Shown one piece after another: positions 39,161 through 52,688 of a stretch of DNA of 64,000 nucleotides. A program made the translations under genes and the position numbers. Location: positions 2,357,104 through 2,421,103 of the forward strand of contig MU054098.1 in the NCBI GenBank assembly GCA_013239625.1, read 5' to 3'. Numbering within the stretch: the stretch's first letter is position 1; every line of letters begins with the position of its first letter. The DNA is from Lama guanicoe. Lineage: Eukaryota. The notes beneath the pieces are model-generated. The model was not told the origin of the DNA. It saw only the letters and a list, made by a program, of their open reading frames with translations, and searched no databases.

Positions 39161-40507
39161 TATATTAGCTCTGATTATCTGAAATGGGGACAATCTCCAT
39201 GATCCCGGTATGAAGGACAGTCACGATACATGAGGTGGTATGTGATCAGGGAACTGAACAAAGAGTGCAATGGAATTAGACAGGCAGAGAGAAAGTACTC
39301 CCGCTGTGGGTAATGGGGAGGGACAGAGAAACAGCATGGACAATGCCAGGCACTGGAATGGACATGGCCTGGAAATAGGCAGGGGAACCTAGCTGGAGCC
39401 AAAGTTGTTTACAAGACTCGTAGAAGGTCACGCAGGAGAAAGAAGTAGGTCTTGCTCTTTTCTGGAGGCCTAGACTATGAGATGTCCTATACCCGAATAG
39501 CCATGGTCGGGAAATGAGGAAGGCACCCTAAGGTGAGTCAGGAGGGAGAGCATTTGAGTGGCAGATATAAGGAAACAAATAGGAAGCCAGGAAACAGGCC
39601 AGAATCAGAGTTTAGAGGTTCTACACTCACAGCAAAGGGCAAGCTAGAAGCAGATTACAGACAGGTTCTTGAATTTGAATAGGTTAGGACAGTGAGACCC
39701 AGTCCTCTTGAGGCATCAGACACAGCCAGTAGCACTACCACAGTGACATGCTCTCTCCACGCCCTGCTGGGTCACCTGTGAGCAGTCAAAAGCTGGCAGG
39801 TGTGAGGGGAAGCCAGAGAGAAACAGGACTTCCCTACTATCCCATTCCTCCATGGTCTTAGCAACTGACTAGAGCAGGGAGATTTGATTTACCTAATACT
39901 TTATTCCAGACGAGAGGTTTTATTTTCCCCCTCAGCCAAAAGCTCAGCAGTCATTGGGAGCTTCAGTAGGATGGTTATGGAGGGAGGGACAGCTAAGGTG
40001 AAACTACCATCTTCAAGAAGCATCCTCTTTAGGAAACAGACCTAGAGGTCAGAGGTTCAGATGCCTGCATGGAGACTCTAACATGCACCCCTCGCCCCAT
40101 CACCTGCCACAAGAAATATGAAACTAGCCACGTGATGTTGCTTGGCATCAGTGGAAATCACACAGGCTTTGGGATTAGACTGCCTGGGTTTAGTCCCAGC
40201 TCTACCACTTAATAATCAGCTCACTTCCCCTCCTCTGAACCTCAGTTTCCTCAACTATAAAATTAGCCCAATTTTACTAATGAGGTATAGCTGAGGTTTC
40301 AAAAGAATGTACATTGTTTTTGGGGTTTTTTTTTTGTCCTTCATCAAACTATCTCCCCCTGATTACAGAGAGAGGAAACTAGTTGCCGCATTCCCACAGG
40401 TTCATGCAATTCCTGCCAGCCTTAAGACAACAGATTAAAATTTCAGAGTGGGAGAACATCATGGACACCTACCCTACTCCTCTGTTTTCAAAAGAAACTA
40501 CCATTGA

Positions 40508-40626
40508 GGGAGGAGGGTAGAGCTCAGTGGTAGAGCATATGTTTAGCATGCATGAGGTCCTGGGTTCAATCTCCAGTACCTCCCTATAAATATATAAATA
40601 CCTAATTACCTCCCCCCACAAAAAAA
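40508..40626 (+). mobile_element. tRNA-derived camelid SINE (Vic-1-like)
   Basis: A-box tagagctcagtgg, B-box ggttcaatctc, tail acctaattacctcccccc plus A-tract. TSD-like aaactacc(a/g)tt at 40495-40505 and 40624-40634. Inserted at the tail of an antisense MIR. Confidence 0.88.
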
Positions 40627-40629
40627 CTA

Positions 40630-40840
40630 CCGTTTACTGAGCCTACTATCTGCCAGGTATTTTGCAGACTTCATCACAAACCTCCCAGCAACCCTATGAC
40701 AGTTGATACTATTATTCATTTCCATTTTACAGTTGAAGAAATGGAAGCTCAGAGAGGTTACACATCTTTTCCAAGATCACACAGTTAATAACTGAACGGG
40801 TCTGACTCCAAAGTTCATGCACATACTTCTCACTCCAGAT
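40630..40840 (-). mobile_element. MIR SINE remnant
   Basis: tttactgagcctactatctgccagg...ccattttacagttgaagaaatggaagctcagagaggtt...tctgactccaaag. Confidence 0.8.
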
Positions 40841-42366
40841 GTGAGCGCCATTTGAAGCAGAACTCTGGTTGTGCAATGAAAGGTTTTACCATCAAGTAAT
40901 AGAAATGTAGGCCTCAAGGGTTCCATGGTAGAAGTATTGGGAGGTACTTCTTGAAGCAAGGAGGATGCTGCCTGCTATAGCTATGGAAAGGGCTGTCCTT
41001 GGCTTGCAGCATGCAGAGACAAGCTGCACTTTATAGAACTCTAACCCGAGCAATAACACCTTGGAACCTGACATCAACCCTCTGAGCAATATAGGACTGC
41101 TACTGTTACTCCCATTTTAGACTTAAGGACAGTGAATCTCAGGAAAGTTAAGTAATTTGCCCAAGGTCACAAGTTAGGAGCTTCCCAGGGCTAACATTCA
41201 AATGCAGGATTTCTGGCTGGATTCTACACTTACATTCTTTCTACAATCCCGTGCTGTGCTTTGTACAGTTCCCCACGTAGTATGGATGCTCAACAAATAA
41301 TCAGTGACATCTACTGCCTGGCTCCCAACCAAGAGTAGAACACAGTGAAAATGTGCTCCATGAATCTTAAAGTACCAGAATATGAAGAACAGATAAATGA
41401 AGAGAAGTGCAAAGTGTATGCCAGGTGCTTAGTATGCATCATTTAGCATCAGCAGCAGGCGTCAACATTGAGGCAATTCTATTTTCAGACACTGCTAAAT
41501 AAATTCATCTCCTTTCCCTGGTATGACAATAATAGTAATAAATTCTCCTGACTTTTCAAGATGAAACTATCTCCTTAGGATCCTCTAGAGCAGAAAATAG
41601 TGAGCAAAATTGGAGAAAACAAATCAGCAGTAGGAATTCCTGAATAAACTGCATTTAGGGGAGGCTGGTCTACTTTCGATGGCAAAAGAGATGAAGTGAA
41701 CCCATGAATTTCTGAGATGGGGGTCAATGACAATTAACCATAATAAAAGTCTCCTAGTGTTTTAGTGCTAAAGTCACTTTTTGCATTGAGGTTTACCCTC
41801 TCCCATTTAATTTTATCTGAAGAACTCTTTCAGTTTAATCAGGGCAGGGGAAGACTGCTAGGAAATATAGTGTAATAGAAAATACCATAAGCAGGACGTT
41901 CTAAACCAAATTCTATCACTAATGATGTCAGACAAACCATTTCTCTTTTCCTTAGTGGGAAAACACTCAAGGCTAACATCTTCTCAACTGTAAAAGGGTA
42001 TCTCACAGTTTTCGTGAGCTTTATAACCACTCGTGCAAGCTCTGCCCCTACAACATCCATATACCTAAAACCAATTTACCAAGCTACCAATGAGAAGAGC
42101 GAAAAAATGGAAAGGAAAGTTTTCCTAGATGTTACTAGTAGAAAACATGCCTCATTGGAGGCCAGTTTTTGACTCACAAAGATTTTCTTCAGTCATGACT
42201 GACTCAAAGTGAAACAAATGTTTTGTGCAGTTTAATTGCTGATTTTTGTTACTGTTATTGTTATACCAGGTTGATTTGGTTAACCATGGACCATACACCA
42301 ATAGATCCCATGATACAACTGTCTAAAATTTATTTTCAAAATCCTCTTTTGTAAACAGCAAATGTA

Positions 42367-43167
42367 TTTCTTCTAGGAGAAAATTTTTGAAATGTATGTC
42401 AGATAATGTTTTGCCTATGTTTTCCTCTAGAAGGTTTATTGTATCTTGTCTTATGTTTAAGTCTTTAATCCATTTTGAGTTGATTTTTGTATATGGTGTA
42501 AGGGAGTGTTCTAGCTTCATTGTTTTACATGCCAGGAATCCCACTCCTGGGCTTGTATCCAGAAGGAAATCTACTTCAGGATGACATCTGCACCCCAATG
42601 TTCATAGCAGCACTATTTACAATAGCCAAAACATGGAAACAGCCTAAATGTCCATCAACAGGTGACTGGATAAAGAAGAGGTCGTATATTTATACAATGG
42701 AATACTACTCAGCCATAAAAACCGACAACATAATGCCATTTGCAGCAACATGGATGCTCTTGGAGAATGTCATTCTAAGTGAAGTAAGCCAGAAAGAGAA
42801 AGAAAAATACCATATGAGATCGCTCATATGTGGAGTCTAAAAAACAAAAACAAAAACAAACAAACAAACAAAAACAAAGTGTAAATACAGGACAGAAATA
42901 GACTCACAGACAGAGAATACAGACTTGTGGTTGCCAGGGGGGTGGAGGGTGGGAAGGGATAGACTGGGATTTCAAAATTGTAGAATAGATAAACAAGATT
43001 ACACTGTATAGCACAGGGAAATATACACAAAATGTTATGATAAATCACAGAGAAAAAAATGTGACAATGAGTGTGTATATGTCCATGAATGACTGAAAAG
43101 TTGTGCTGAACACTGGAATTTGACACAACATTGTAAAATGATTATAAATCAATAAAAAATGTTAAAA
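42367..43167 (+). mobile_element. Young camelid-type L1, 5'-truncated with 5' inversion (twin priming)
   Basis: 14-bp TSD aaacagcaaatgta at 42353-42366 and 43168-43181. 42367-~42531 encodes ORF2 on the minus strand ([33 protein letters not shown]). ~42532 onward encodes the ORF2 C-terminus on the plus strand ([31 protein letters not shown]), then the 3' UTR and AATAAA. Confidence 0.96.
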
Positions 43168-44673
43168 AAACAGCAAATGTAATTATGTTTAATTAGAAGA
43201 AATGCAAGTTACTTCTAAAAATCTATCCTGTTGAAGCCAGTTATAAACGTTGCTGGTTATAAGGGCATCTCTCTGGCAAGTCATGGTTTGCACGTGGGAA
43301 AAAGGTAGCCATTGACCAGAAAGGCAAGGGGACATCAGAATAGATTTTTCCTTAAAATAAAAAAGGAAGAAGGAAGAGCAACCTGGCAGAGTAGTCCTGG
43401 CAAACACAATGCCTGATGGTTCTCTGAGCAACACCAACCAGACTCTCCCTTGCTCTGTCTTCTTCCATCCATAAGAAGGAGAGACATGAAAGGTGAAATG
43501 TACAGTGAATACATTTGAAAACAAGCTGTGTGATGGTTCCTTAGGCTGAAGAACTCTAGCTGGCAGCTGTAAAACTCTAAAATGGTTTTTGAAATTCAAC
43601 TGTTATAAGATCCCAGCACTGAAATTCAACAATCCTTCATGTGAATTAACTTGTAAGAACTCAGGATAGCTTCTAAATCTATTCTGTGTCTGGGGAAAAC
43701 TTTACGGTAAACTGTAACTAATTATGGTTAAGGATTAAAGAGAAAGGTGCCATATTGTATCTACATGCTGAGTTCTTTCAAAGCTTGCTCTGAAAAATTA
43801 CATACTCATTTGCTTTATGTTTAACTATTTTAAGATCTAAAGCTACAGTTAAGACATAGATATAGATACTGTAAAAGAAAGCTAGAACCAATAATAGCTG
43901 TAATTGGACCTCAGAGAATGACTGTTGTTCAATTACTGTAGACCAATGAATCAAGATGTATATTAACTACCTAATGTCAGAGTATTCCAGTTGCAGGGTC
44001 ACATTTAGAGGGGTGGATAACCCTTTTTAATATTCAAATTTTCAAGCTTTAGATGACAAAAATGTCACGCTTACAATTTGCATTTACTCTCTAAATCTAA
44101 AATGTAAAAATCAATTGAATGGATTAAAAGATGATTGTATTATAAAATTGTATTAACAAGATTTAAAATCATTGAAATTGAGGAGCTTGTCTTCTGCTTA
44201 TTTTGTTTTCTCCAATAGTGACTAGCATGATGGTGGGCTCATAATAGTCATCAATTACATAATCAGTAAGTGATTGGATGTAGGAGACAGAAGTCTCAGA
44301 TTTGCTTCTTGGCTACTTGGTTTACACCTGTCTTCTCTTTAGAACCTGCTTTCTCTCCATGAAAACTATTAAGTGAACATGAAGAGGAGACCAGGAATTT
44401 GCAATTGAGAGTAAAGAGACCAGGCAAGGATGAGCCTTGGCAAGTGAAGCAACAAGGGGATTTTAGTTTCTGTTGGGACTTACATGAGGAAAGTCAGAGG
44501 CTGGAGGGTTGTCTTTGGCTCTTGGGTCCATTCTACTGGGCATATCTCACTGTCACCTCAGATTCAGGATATCAAGTCATCATAACCTTCCCAGATCACA
44601 CAAAAGTCACCTTCCCTTAGGTTTCTATGTCTGTCATTGGACTCCATTCTCCTGGTTCTCTAGGCTCAAAACC

Positions 44674-44782
44674 ATGGTGGCCAGAAAATTTATCACCCAA
44701 ACCAGGATACTTGAGGATGAAAGGGGAGCTATTAAAGATTATGCCAGGATAACTGATTTACACCAGAACACCTGGTCACCCT
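44674..44782. mobile_element. MER81-like hAT-Blackjack MITE
   Basis: ggtggccagaaaatttatcacccaaaccaggatac...gaaaggggagctattaa...ggtcaccct, with TIR-like ends. Confidence 0.75.
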
Positions 44783-45574
44783 TTTCTCCCACAGATGACT
44801 CTTCCTTATCCTTATCCAGTTAGTAAATCTTGTCACTTTTTCCTTCCACATTTGCGAGACCTATGTTCCTAACTCAGGCCAATTCAACTCTAATTCATTA
44901 TGCCAGCCTGCTATCCCTTAAGACACTGTTTCAGCATGTTATTTCTCTGTTAAAGTCATCAAGATCTAACACATTTACTGCCGGGAACATCAAGTCTAGC
45001 CACTCTACACCTGGGTGACGTCCATACTAACTCGCGAAGAGCTTCACAGGCTCTTTCTCATTTCTGCACTTTCATTCACAATCATCTCCCCAAGTGTACC
45101 TGCTCCTTCCCAATCAGCCTACTCTTTCTCACAGCTCTGGTCCCTCAGGAACTCTGTGCCTCTGTCCTCCTAGAAAAGGAAACTAAAACAGGTTTCTTGC
45201 ACACCAACTCGAATTACTTGTGATCGGAGATCTGTGTTGAGAAAGATTCTGAATCTCAGTCCAGGCTTAATGGGAATGAATGAAGTGATAGTCTAAGGAT
45301 ATCAAGTGATGGGCACAGAAGTAGAGTGAAGACATACAAGTCACATGTCCAACATCCCTGTCCTAGAGTCCTTCTACTATTTCACATGGATTGGTCTTAT
45401 CTCTCCTATTAGACCATCAATTTCTATAGGGCCTAGCACTGTTTTGGAACATAGGGGAAGGTCAGTAAGTACTTGTTGATGAAAGGTCCCCAGAATAAAT
45501 GACTGCAATTTCAGTATGACATCTTCAAAGAAAATTATTTGGGGGTTATAATGTATCTGTTGTTGCTGAAAATA

Positions 45575-45800
45575 AGCTTCAGAGTCAGAGTTCTGGATTC
45601 AAGCCAGAACTGTGCCCTGAGCAAGTGACTCAACCCTTCTATGTGCCTGAGTTTCTTCATCTGTAAAATGGGAATACCGTTCATACTCACTTTGCACTAT
45701 GTGTATGTGTGTGTATGTGTGTGTGATTTTAAGGATAAGATAAGATATATACACTTAGCACAGTTCCTGGCAAATGGTAGGTGCTCAACAAATTCAAGTT
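45575..45800 (+). mobile_element. MIR SINE remnant with internal (TG)n
   Basis: ctgagcaagtgactcaacc...gtttcttcatctgtaaaatgggaata...cacttagcacagttcctggc. Confidence 0.8.
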
Positions 45801-47999
45801 GCTATGGTCTCAGTACGTGTGTCTGAGCTGCTGCCTGTCCATTTCTACTTTTACGGCAGAACAGTTCTATATTCTCTGCTCTCCAGGGCTCTCTCCTCTC
45901 ATGCTGTTCCCTGCCACTCCAACCCCCAGGAAAAAAACAGAAATAAAAATTGCATTAATGTGTCTACTCTCCCGGAGGTTTTTGTATTTTGCAGAGGGGA
46001 TAGAAGAGAAAGGGGTAGTGCTTTTCCCAAAGGAACGAACTCTTGCTGTTAACATGTTAAGAACTGATGATGTGCTGAACAATCCTGGAGAGATTCTGGA
46101 GACCACCTAGTCTTCACTTAAGCAACAGCAAGGACAATACACCTGCAAGATTTTACAGTTTACCTAGCTCCTTTACATACACACACCACAGACGCACGTA
46201 TAAGAGGTAGTTCCTCTTGTTTTAAAATTTCTTAAAGAGAACCTGCTTTCTCATTCACCCCTACTTTTCATTTCCTTTCTCCTTCCACACAGTTAACATT
46301 GCAAACCTCTGTCACTTTCCTCAAATGCCTTAGCATGGCATTCAAAGCTCTCTGTAACCTAACCTAACTCTTAGGAGGAAGAGCTCTCCTCCCCCTCTCA
46401 CCCCCTCTCAATGTACATCACATGACATACATAGACACACACCCCTCATTTCCTGTAACATATTCTGAACAGTCGTACTTTCTCCCTCCCTCTACCCTCT
46501 AAGTCAGTAACCAATTTATCCAGTTCAAATGTCCACCTTCTTCAAAGCCCTCCCTTAAACTCCCTGCCTCCGTGCCCCACCCCTACCTAAGCTGAAAGCT
46601 TTTACATAGATGGTGCTTGCCACCAGGCAAGCCCTTCAGTGTGACCTTACATCCTGCTCCTGCTCCCGTAGCACTTTGCACATACTGTAACTACGGCACT
46701 TCTCACACGGTGTCATCAGGAGCTGTGCGCATATATGCTTTCGGAGGCAGAGACTGATCTCATTCATCTCTGTTATTTCCAGTACCAAGCACAGTGCCTG
46801 ACACACAGGGAAAGGCTCGTGGAATGAATGAATGAAATGATTATATGACACTTCCAAGGTAAACTACTAAGTTGTTGGGCGAGATAGGTTTAGAACCTGG
46901 GTCTACCTCTCCCAGTGGGACTCTGACTTCCTTAAAGGTACAAACCTTTCAGCACTTAGCCAAGTAGAGGCACACTATAAGTGCTTAACATATGTTTCAA
47001 TGAAATGGTCAACTCCACAAATACCAATTAGCACTTACCAATTTACAAGCCTGTGTTCCAGATTCTTCCATACCAATAGGCAAGGTGTATTCAGATTCTG
47101 TCCCACACACATTCCTCCTCCCCCCTCAAGATATGTAACTTCTGCTCAAGACACACAAGACAAAATGACATGCAGCTTTAAGAGACAGGATAGTACAGGA
47201 AAGAATACAGTAAATCAACAGAGTATGTAGTCAGGCTTTACGACATGTGAGAAGGAAACCTATATACATAAAAGCTGAGATGGGAAGTCTCCATGGAAGT
47301 CTCCACGGTTCTCTATTTGGACTCTGGAGGACAGGATGTATTTTCATAGGTACAAAAAAGGGAAAGAGGAACAGCATTGCAGATATGGAGAACAGGCGGT
47401 GCCACAGGGATGCTACAGAGAATGGCACACGTGGGATCACCAGGGAGACCAATCTGAATGGAGTGTATTTGGGGAGAGAGAAGGGCATGGAGCAGATTAT
47501 TAAGGGTGTCAGATGCCAAGCTGGGGAGTCTGGATGTGCCTGGAGACAATGGAGAGCCACCAGAGGTTTGTGTGATGAGGAATAAAGTGATAAAATTAAT
47601 GTAGTGAGAAAATGTTTGCCTTACTTCGCCCAGTCAATTATTAAATAGCCCATGTAAAACTGTGCTTCTGGATTTATTTAAATCTAAGTACATTGGTACC
47701 AAGAGAGGTATTCTCACTATTTCCCTTCTGGATCTCTTTGGAACATGGGATTAGTAACTTAACATGACTCTATTTGGGAAGCTGGGTATCACATCTCTGA
47801 TCAGCCACTAAACTTGACAGTGATGCTGGGTAAGCCACTGAACCTCTCCGGGACTTACTTTCATGCTCCCAAACATGTCTATCCCACCTCTGGGCTCCAG
47901 TCCTGACTTACAATGATGCTGAAATAATAAATGAGCAGAAGATTCTATTTCTACCTATAACTAAAATTGCCTATGACAGTTGCAGTGAAGCCACTTCAT

Positions 48000-48910
48000 C
48001 TCTGCTTTAAAAAAATCTCATTAGAAGATGTTACAAATCAATGTGACAAAGACAAACACACTAATAGAAACATGAGCAGAGGACACAAAAAGGTGATTCA
48101 TAGAAAAGAAAGTATGTGGCCAAGAACCATATGGTAAAATAAAAATCTCAATGATAATCAAAGAATGCAAATTAAAGTAAGAATGAAATAGTAATTTTTT
48201 AAACAAATTATTAAAGATTTAAAAGATAGGTAATACCCAGTGTTACAAGAGTCCCAGAAATAGACTTTCTCTTATATGCTGATTAGATTGTATACTTGTG
48301 CAAACTTTTTGAAAGCCAGCCAGGTTATACATTTCAAAGGCCTTCAAAGTATGCATTTTCTTTGACCCAGTGTTTTCATTTCTAGGAACTGACTCTCAGG
48401 AAGTTATCAGATAAGGACACAAAGATTTAGCCACAGAGAGATTAATTATATAATTATTTATAATGGCAAAATAACTGCAGTTAAGATGCCCAATGATTTA
48501 GGAATGGTTAAATTATATCTTAATAAATCTATAATAGATACTATGCAGCCATGAAAAATGTTACAGAAGAATATATAATGACAGGGAAAGATACCCAGTA
48601 TATATCATTAAATGGTAAAACATCATATACAATCTGATCATGTTTTGAAAAAAAAGTTCTAATTCCGTGTCTGCACGTGTATGTATGTATATATATGTAT
48701 ATGTGTGTGTACATGTATATACACACATATATATATAATTTTACATATATATACATATATATACGAAAAGAGAAGACCAAAAAAGATATGCACCAACGTG
48801 TAAGCAGTCATCTCTCAGCGATGGAATTGCAAGTACTTTTTATTACCTTCATTTTACTAGTCTGTATTCTACATTTTATATAATAAACACAACTTTTATA
48901 TTTTAAAAAG
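48000..48910 (+). mobile_element. Very old L1 (L1ME-like) 3' region
   Basis: taatcaaagaatgcaaattaaa...ctttgacccag...catttctaggaa...tatgcagccatgaaaaatg. Confidence 0.7.
48677..48763. repeat. Compound (TA/TG/CA)n microsatellite
   Basis: Mostly alternating purine-pyrimidine tract gtgtatgtatgtatatatatgtatatgtgtgtgtacatgtatatacacacatatatatat... Confidence 0.9.
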
Positions 48911-50059
48911 ATTATTTTAAAAATCACATTAGGTGCCTATTAAGTATTTATAAAAAATGGCTTATTCTTTAAAAGATCTTTGCTCATTTAAAAGAGTTTC
49001 TGGTTTAGGCTGAGATTGCTATGACGCCTTGTTTCATCAAAGGCAGGCAGGCAGTTTCCTTTCAGCGCTGGAGGCTGGAGCCCTGTGATACTCAAACTGC
49101 CTTTCGAGGCTGCCTTTCGAAGCAATGGGTCAGGGAAGGTGGGGCCAGGCCAGTGTGGTAAAGGCAAGAGAGGTCACAAGAGCAGTAGAATCACAGGCAG
49201 AGAGGGCAGGGCCCACGGCTGTTAATAGGGTTCCACGGATCCAGATGGAATAGGCTAAAGGCAAGACCTCAGCAGAGGAGCCCGGCAAAGGTCAGTTTTT
49301 ACAGCGCCACACTGGGGCTGAAGTGCATGGGTGGGAGCAGGGTCTGCATTCTACAGGAGGACCAGGGCCAAGGCTTCAAATTAGTCAAAAACGAGTAACT
49401 GAAGAACTGGGAAGAGTCAGAGACAAGAGGGACAGCAGCTCAGGAAGCAGCACAGGAGGGCATGAGCGTTGAGGCTTTCTGTGCTGCATCTGAGCAGCCC
49501 TCCCTGCATAAAAAGAAAAAGATTGCCAGCCGTGTACTGCTTGTTTGAGGAGCTCAGCATTCGCTGGTACACGCGTGTAAGGTCATTGGTGCATAAGCCA
49601 ATGCAGGGCACTGGTCTGCCAGTACTCACCTGTACTGGACCAGCTAAGATACTGATCCAACAGAAGGTGGAGACGAGAGAAGTAAGAGTAGTAGGGGAGA
49701 TTATAGGTTTTCCCAACAATCTTAAGCCTTAGACTGCCACTATGTAACTTTTCCCTTTCTTTCATTATCTGCCGTGGAGAAAACATCCTAATGTCACAGA
49801 ACATCAGAGTGAGAACTGCAAAGAACTGTACTTAGAGATCATTCAGCCCCAACCTCCATTGATTTATGAATGAGGAAATTCAGGCCTACAGGAAGGAAGG
49901 GATATATTTTACGCTTCACTTTAAAAACAAAACAAAAACACAAAGGGAGAAAATAAGCTCATTCAATAGCTCCATGTTCTTACATTTAGGGGTAAAAGAT
50001 ATCATTAAATATTTTCAGTGAGAAATTGAGGTCCATATCTTAAGCTAATATTCTGGGAT

Positions 50060-50660
50060 ATCTTTTTTGTTATTAAATAATTAAAGCATAGAGGAAAATA
50101 TGGAAAACAACATAACAGACAGCCATATACCCACCACCCAGATCTAACAAACTTAACACCCTGCCAGCTTTCCTGCTCTGGATCTTTAAAACACACACAC
50201 GCACACAAACAGCTTTAAAGAGACAGTTGAAATTCTCTTTGTCTGCTTCCCCAATCTTACTTCATGCCTATGTGACCTCACAAGAGGGGACCATGCTCTT
50301 AAAGTGGTATGGTCATTCAAAAAGATTTCTTCATACTTTTCCTCTATGTGTTTGTACCAGTATATGGTATCATTTTATGTGTTATAAACTTTTTTTTTGT
50401 AAATGGTCTCACACAGTACGTATCATCCTTATACAGACTTATTTTCACTGCAAATGTTTTGTGATATTTTGGTATATATAGGTCTACTTCACTGAATTTA
50501 TCCATTCTTCCGTGGAGAGGAATTTAGGTAGTTTCTCATTCACTCTTACAAACACAGTAGCCATAAATATTCTTGTAAATGTCCCTTTGTGTACGTGTGT
50601 GATTGTTTCTCTAGTGCACAGGCATACAAGTAGAATGATGAATCTTGGGTTTGGAGGAGA
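50060..50660 (-). mobile_element. Very old L1 (L1ME-like) 3' region
   Basis: catatacccaccacccagat...tttatccattct...aatttaggtagtttc...aaatattcttgtaaatgtc. Confidence 0.65.
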
Positions 50661-51149
50661 TTTCAATAAATAGCATCTCCCTTCCTCACTCAGGTTATCT
50701 ATTGAGAAGTCTGGGTTTTTTTAAAATTCATTTTAAGAGTAAAGGAAGATTATTATTAACAAATAAAGCTGACATTAGAGAATGTGTTTCCCTCTGTAGC
50801 CAGGTATACTTCCTCATTCTATAAACCCAGATTTATTCCCACTCAAGTCACAAGCACCACCGGACAGTAAAACTTAAACACAGAGGAGTACAGGAGAACA
50901 GTGCTCAGGCTCACCCTAGCCTCCCAAGAGAAGGAAAGATGGAAGAGCTGGGCTCCACAGATTCAGTTCCTCCCTACAAACTCACCCATAAAAATCATTT
51001 ACTTCTGTCGTGGGGAGAAGTGAGTGAAGGGGCAGAGAGAGTCCAAAAGTGCTACACCAATGGGACTCCTTCAGTGTGGAAGGCAATGGCAGAAGTGAGG
51101 AAGAAGCAGGCTTTCACTAATAGCAACATCATATGACAATAAACATCTT

Positions 51150-52670
51150 CAATTTGACAAAACCTGAGCAAATCGCTCACCAAAAATGTCTGTGCCAATT
51201 TGCACTCCCTTAGTATCACTTTCCCCATATTCACAACAATATTTGTTAATAGTCAGATTTTTTAAAATGTGCCAGTGGGATAGGTGAGTGTTACCTGACT
51301 GTTTTAATTTGCATTTCCCTTCCAACTAGTGAAGATGGGAATGTTTTCTGACCATTCAGGCTTCTATTCTGTGAACTGCCTGCTTATACATTTCCAACTT
51401 TTCTAATTGGACTGTTAGCCTTTTTCTTACATATGTGCATCTATTCCTAGTATATTCTGGATCATTTGCCAGCTGAATGCACTACAAATATCTCATTCTC
51501 TGAACTGTCTTCTGATGCACAGATTCCATTTTAATGCATTTATCAATAGTTTTCTTTATGGTTTGTTCTTCTGATGTCATGTTTTTGAAATCCTTCCCTG
51601 CCCTGAGGTTATATATTCATCCATATAAAAAATGTTGTTTTGCTTTACCTAGTCAAGTCTTTATATGATGCCAAGTCTTCTGGTTACTAAAAGAGTATAT
51701 TTGTATCTTTTTCTTCAGGATTACTTTTATTTCCTTCATTAAATGTTTTATAATCTTAGAGTGTTACTTTTATGAATGGGTCTTTTTCCATCATATTTTT
51801 CTAAATTTAATTGCTGCTGTATAAGTATGACCTCGATTTTTTAATACTTGTCTTGTATCTAGACAACTTGCTGAACTTTCTTATTAGTAGTAATAGTTTA
51901 TCTGTAAAATATACTGTTCTCTTTATTATTAGATGGTAATCTTCTTTATCACCATTAATGCTGTTTGGCTTAAATTCTATTTTTGTCTGATATTAATTTT
52001 GTCACACCACCTTTTCTTTTCCCATTAACTGCCTCATTTGTTTTTTCTTTATTCCTTTATTTTCATTCTCTGTGTTTCTCTTAGATGTGTCTCATAATGT
52101 GTATACAGCTGTATTTTGTTATTTTTAATCCAATCTGATGGGTCCTGTCTTATAAAATTTTTGTTTAATTTACATCAATTGTGATTTATTTTTACCTGCT
52201 TCTGCCATCTTTTTTTTTTAATTTACCAAACTTTTAAAATTTGGCTTTCGTTTTTGTCCATTCCTACTTTTTTGTTGAGCTGACAAAATTTCCTTTATTC
52301 CATTTTCCCCCTGCTAGTTGGAAATTATGTTTTATTTGTTTTTTGGTGAGTATCTTTAAATTTTTAACAAGCATGAACTACAGACTTCTCTAACAAAGTC
52401 TGAAGTTATCCAGAAACTCTGTCATCCTCTCAAGCAAGGCAAAGCCTTAGTGTGCTCAGTAACATTGAGTATTCACATGTTTCTTGTGATTGCTTTCTAG
52501 AATTTCAGTTCTATCATCTGTTATAAGTGCATGAATACCATGATTTTATACAGTTTATAGTTAAATATTCAGCATGTTTTATTATTTCTGTCCTCACCAT
52601 TATTTCTTGTACTCCACTCCTTCCTTCTGGGTTCACTCGCTTTTTGTTAAAATACAGCCTTCAGTAGTTC
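51150..52670 (-). mobile_element. Very old L1 (L1ME-like) fragments
   Basis: gttttaatttgcatttccct...tattctgtgaactgcctg...tgtatctagacaacttgctgaact, antisense ORF2 remnants. Confidence 0.65.
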
Positions 52671-52688
52671 TTTTCTGTGTGTATTTTA

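Noticed and set aside
40508..40580. tRNA-like sequence with A and B boxes
   Set aside because: It has a SINE tail, A-tract and TSD, so it is a tRNA-derived SINE rather than a tRNA gene.
42824..43126. MSNSSVQHNFSVIH... ORFs recurring at 19218, 42824 and 59339, resembling a gene family
   Set aside because: Antisense translations of the same L1 3' UTR.
47282..47308. Short tandem duplications (also ~5041-5060, 12491-12517, 49097-49120, 54664-54684)
   Set aside because: Two-copy 10-15 bp slippage duplications are common, with no array or spacer structure, so not CRISPR-like.
48698..48735. Fold-back potential in the TA/TG/CA tract
   Set aside because: A trivial consequence of microsatellite composition.
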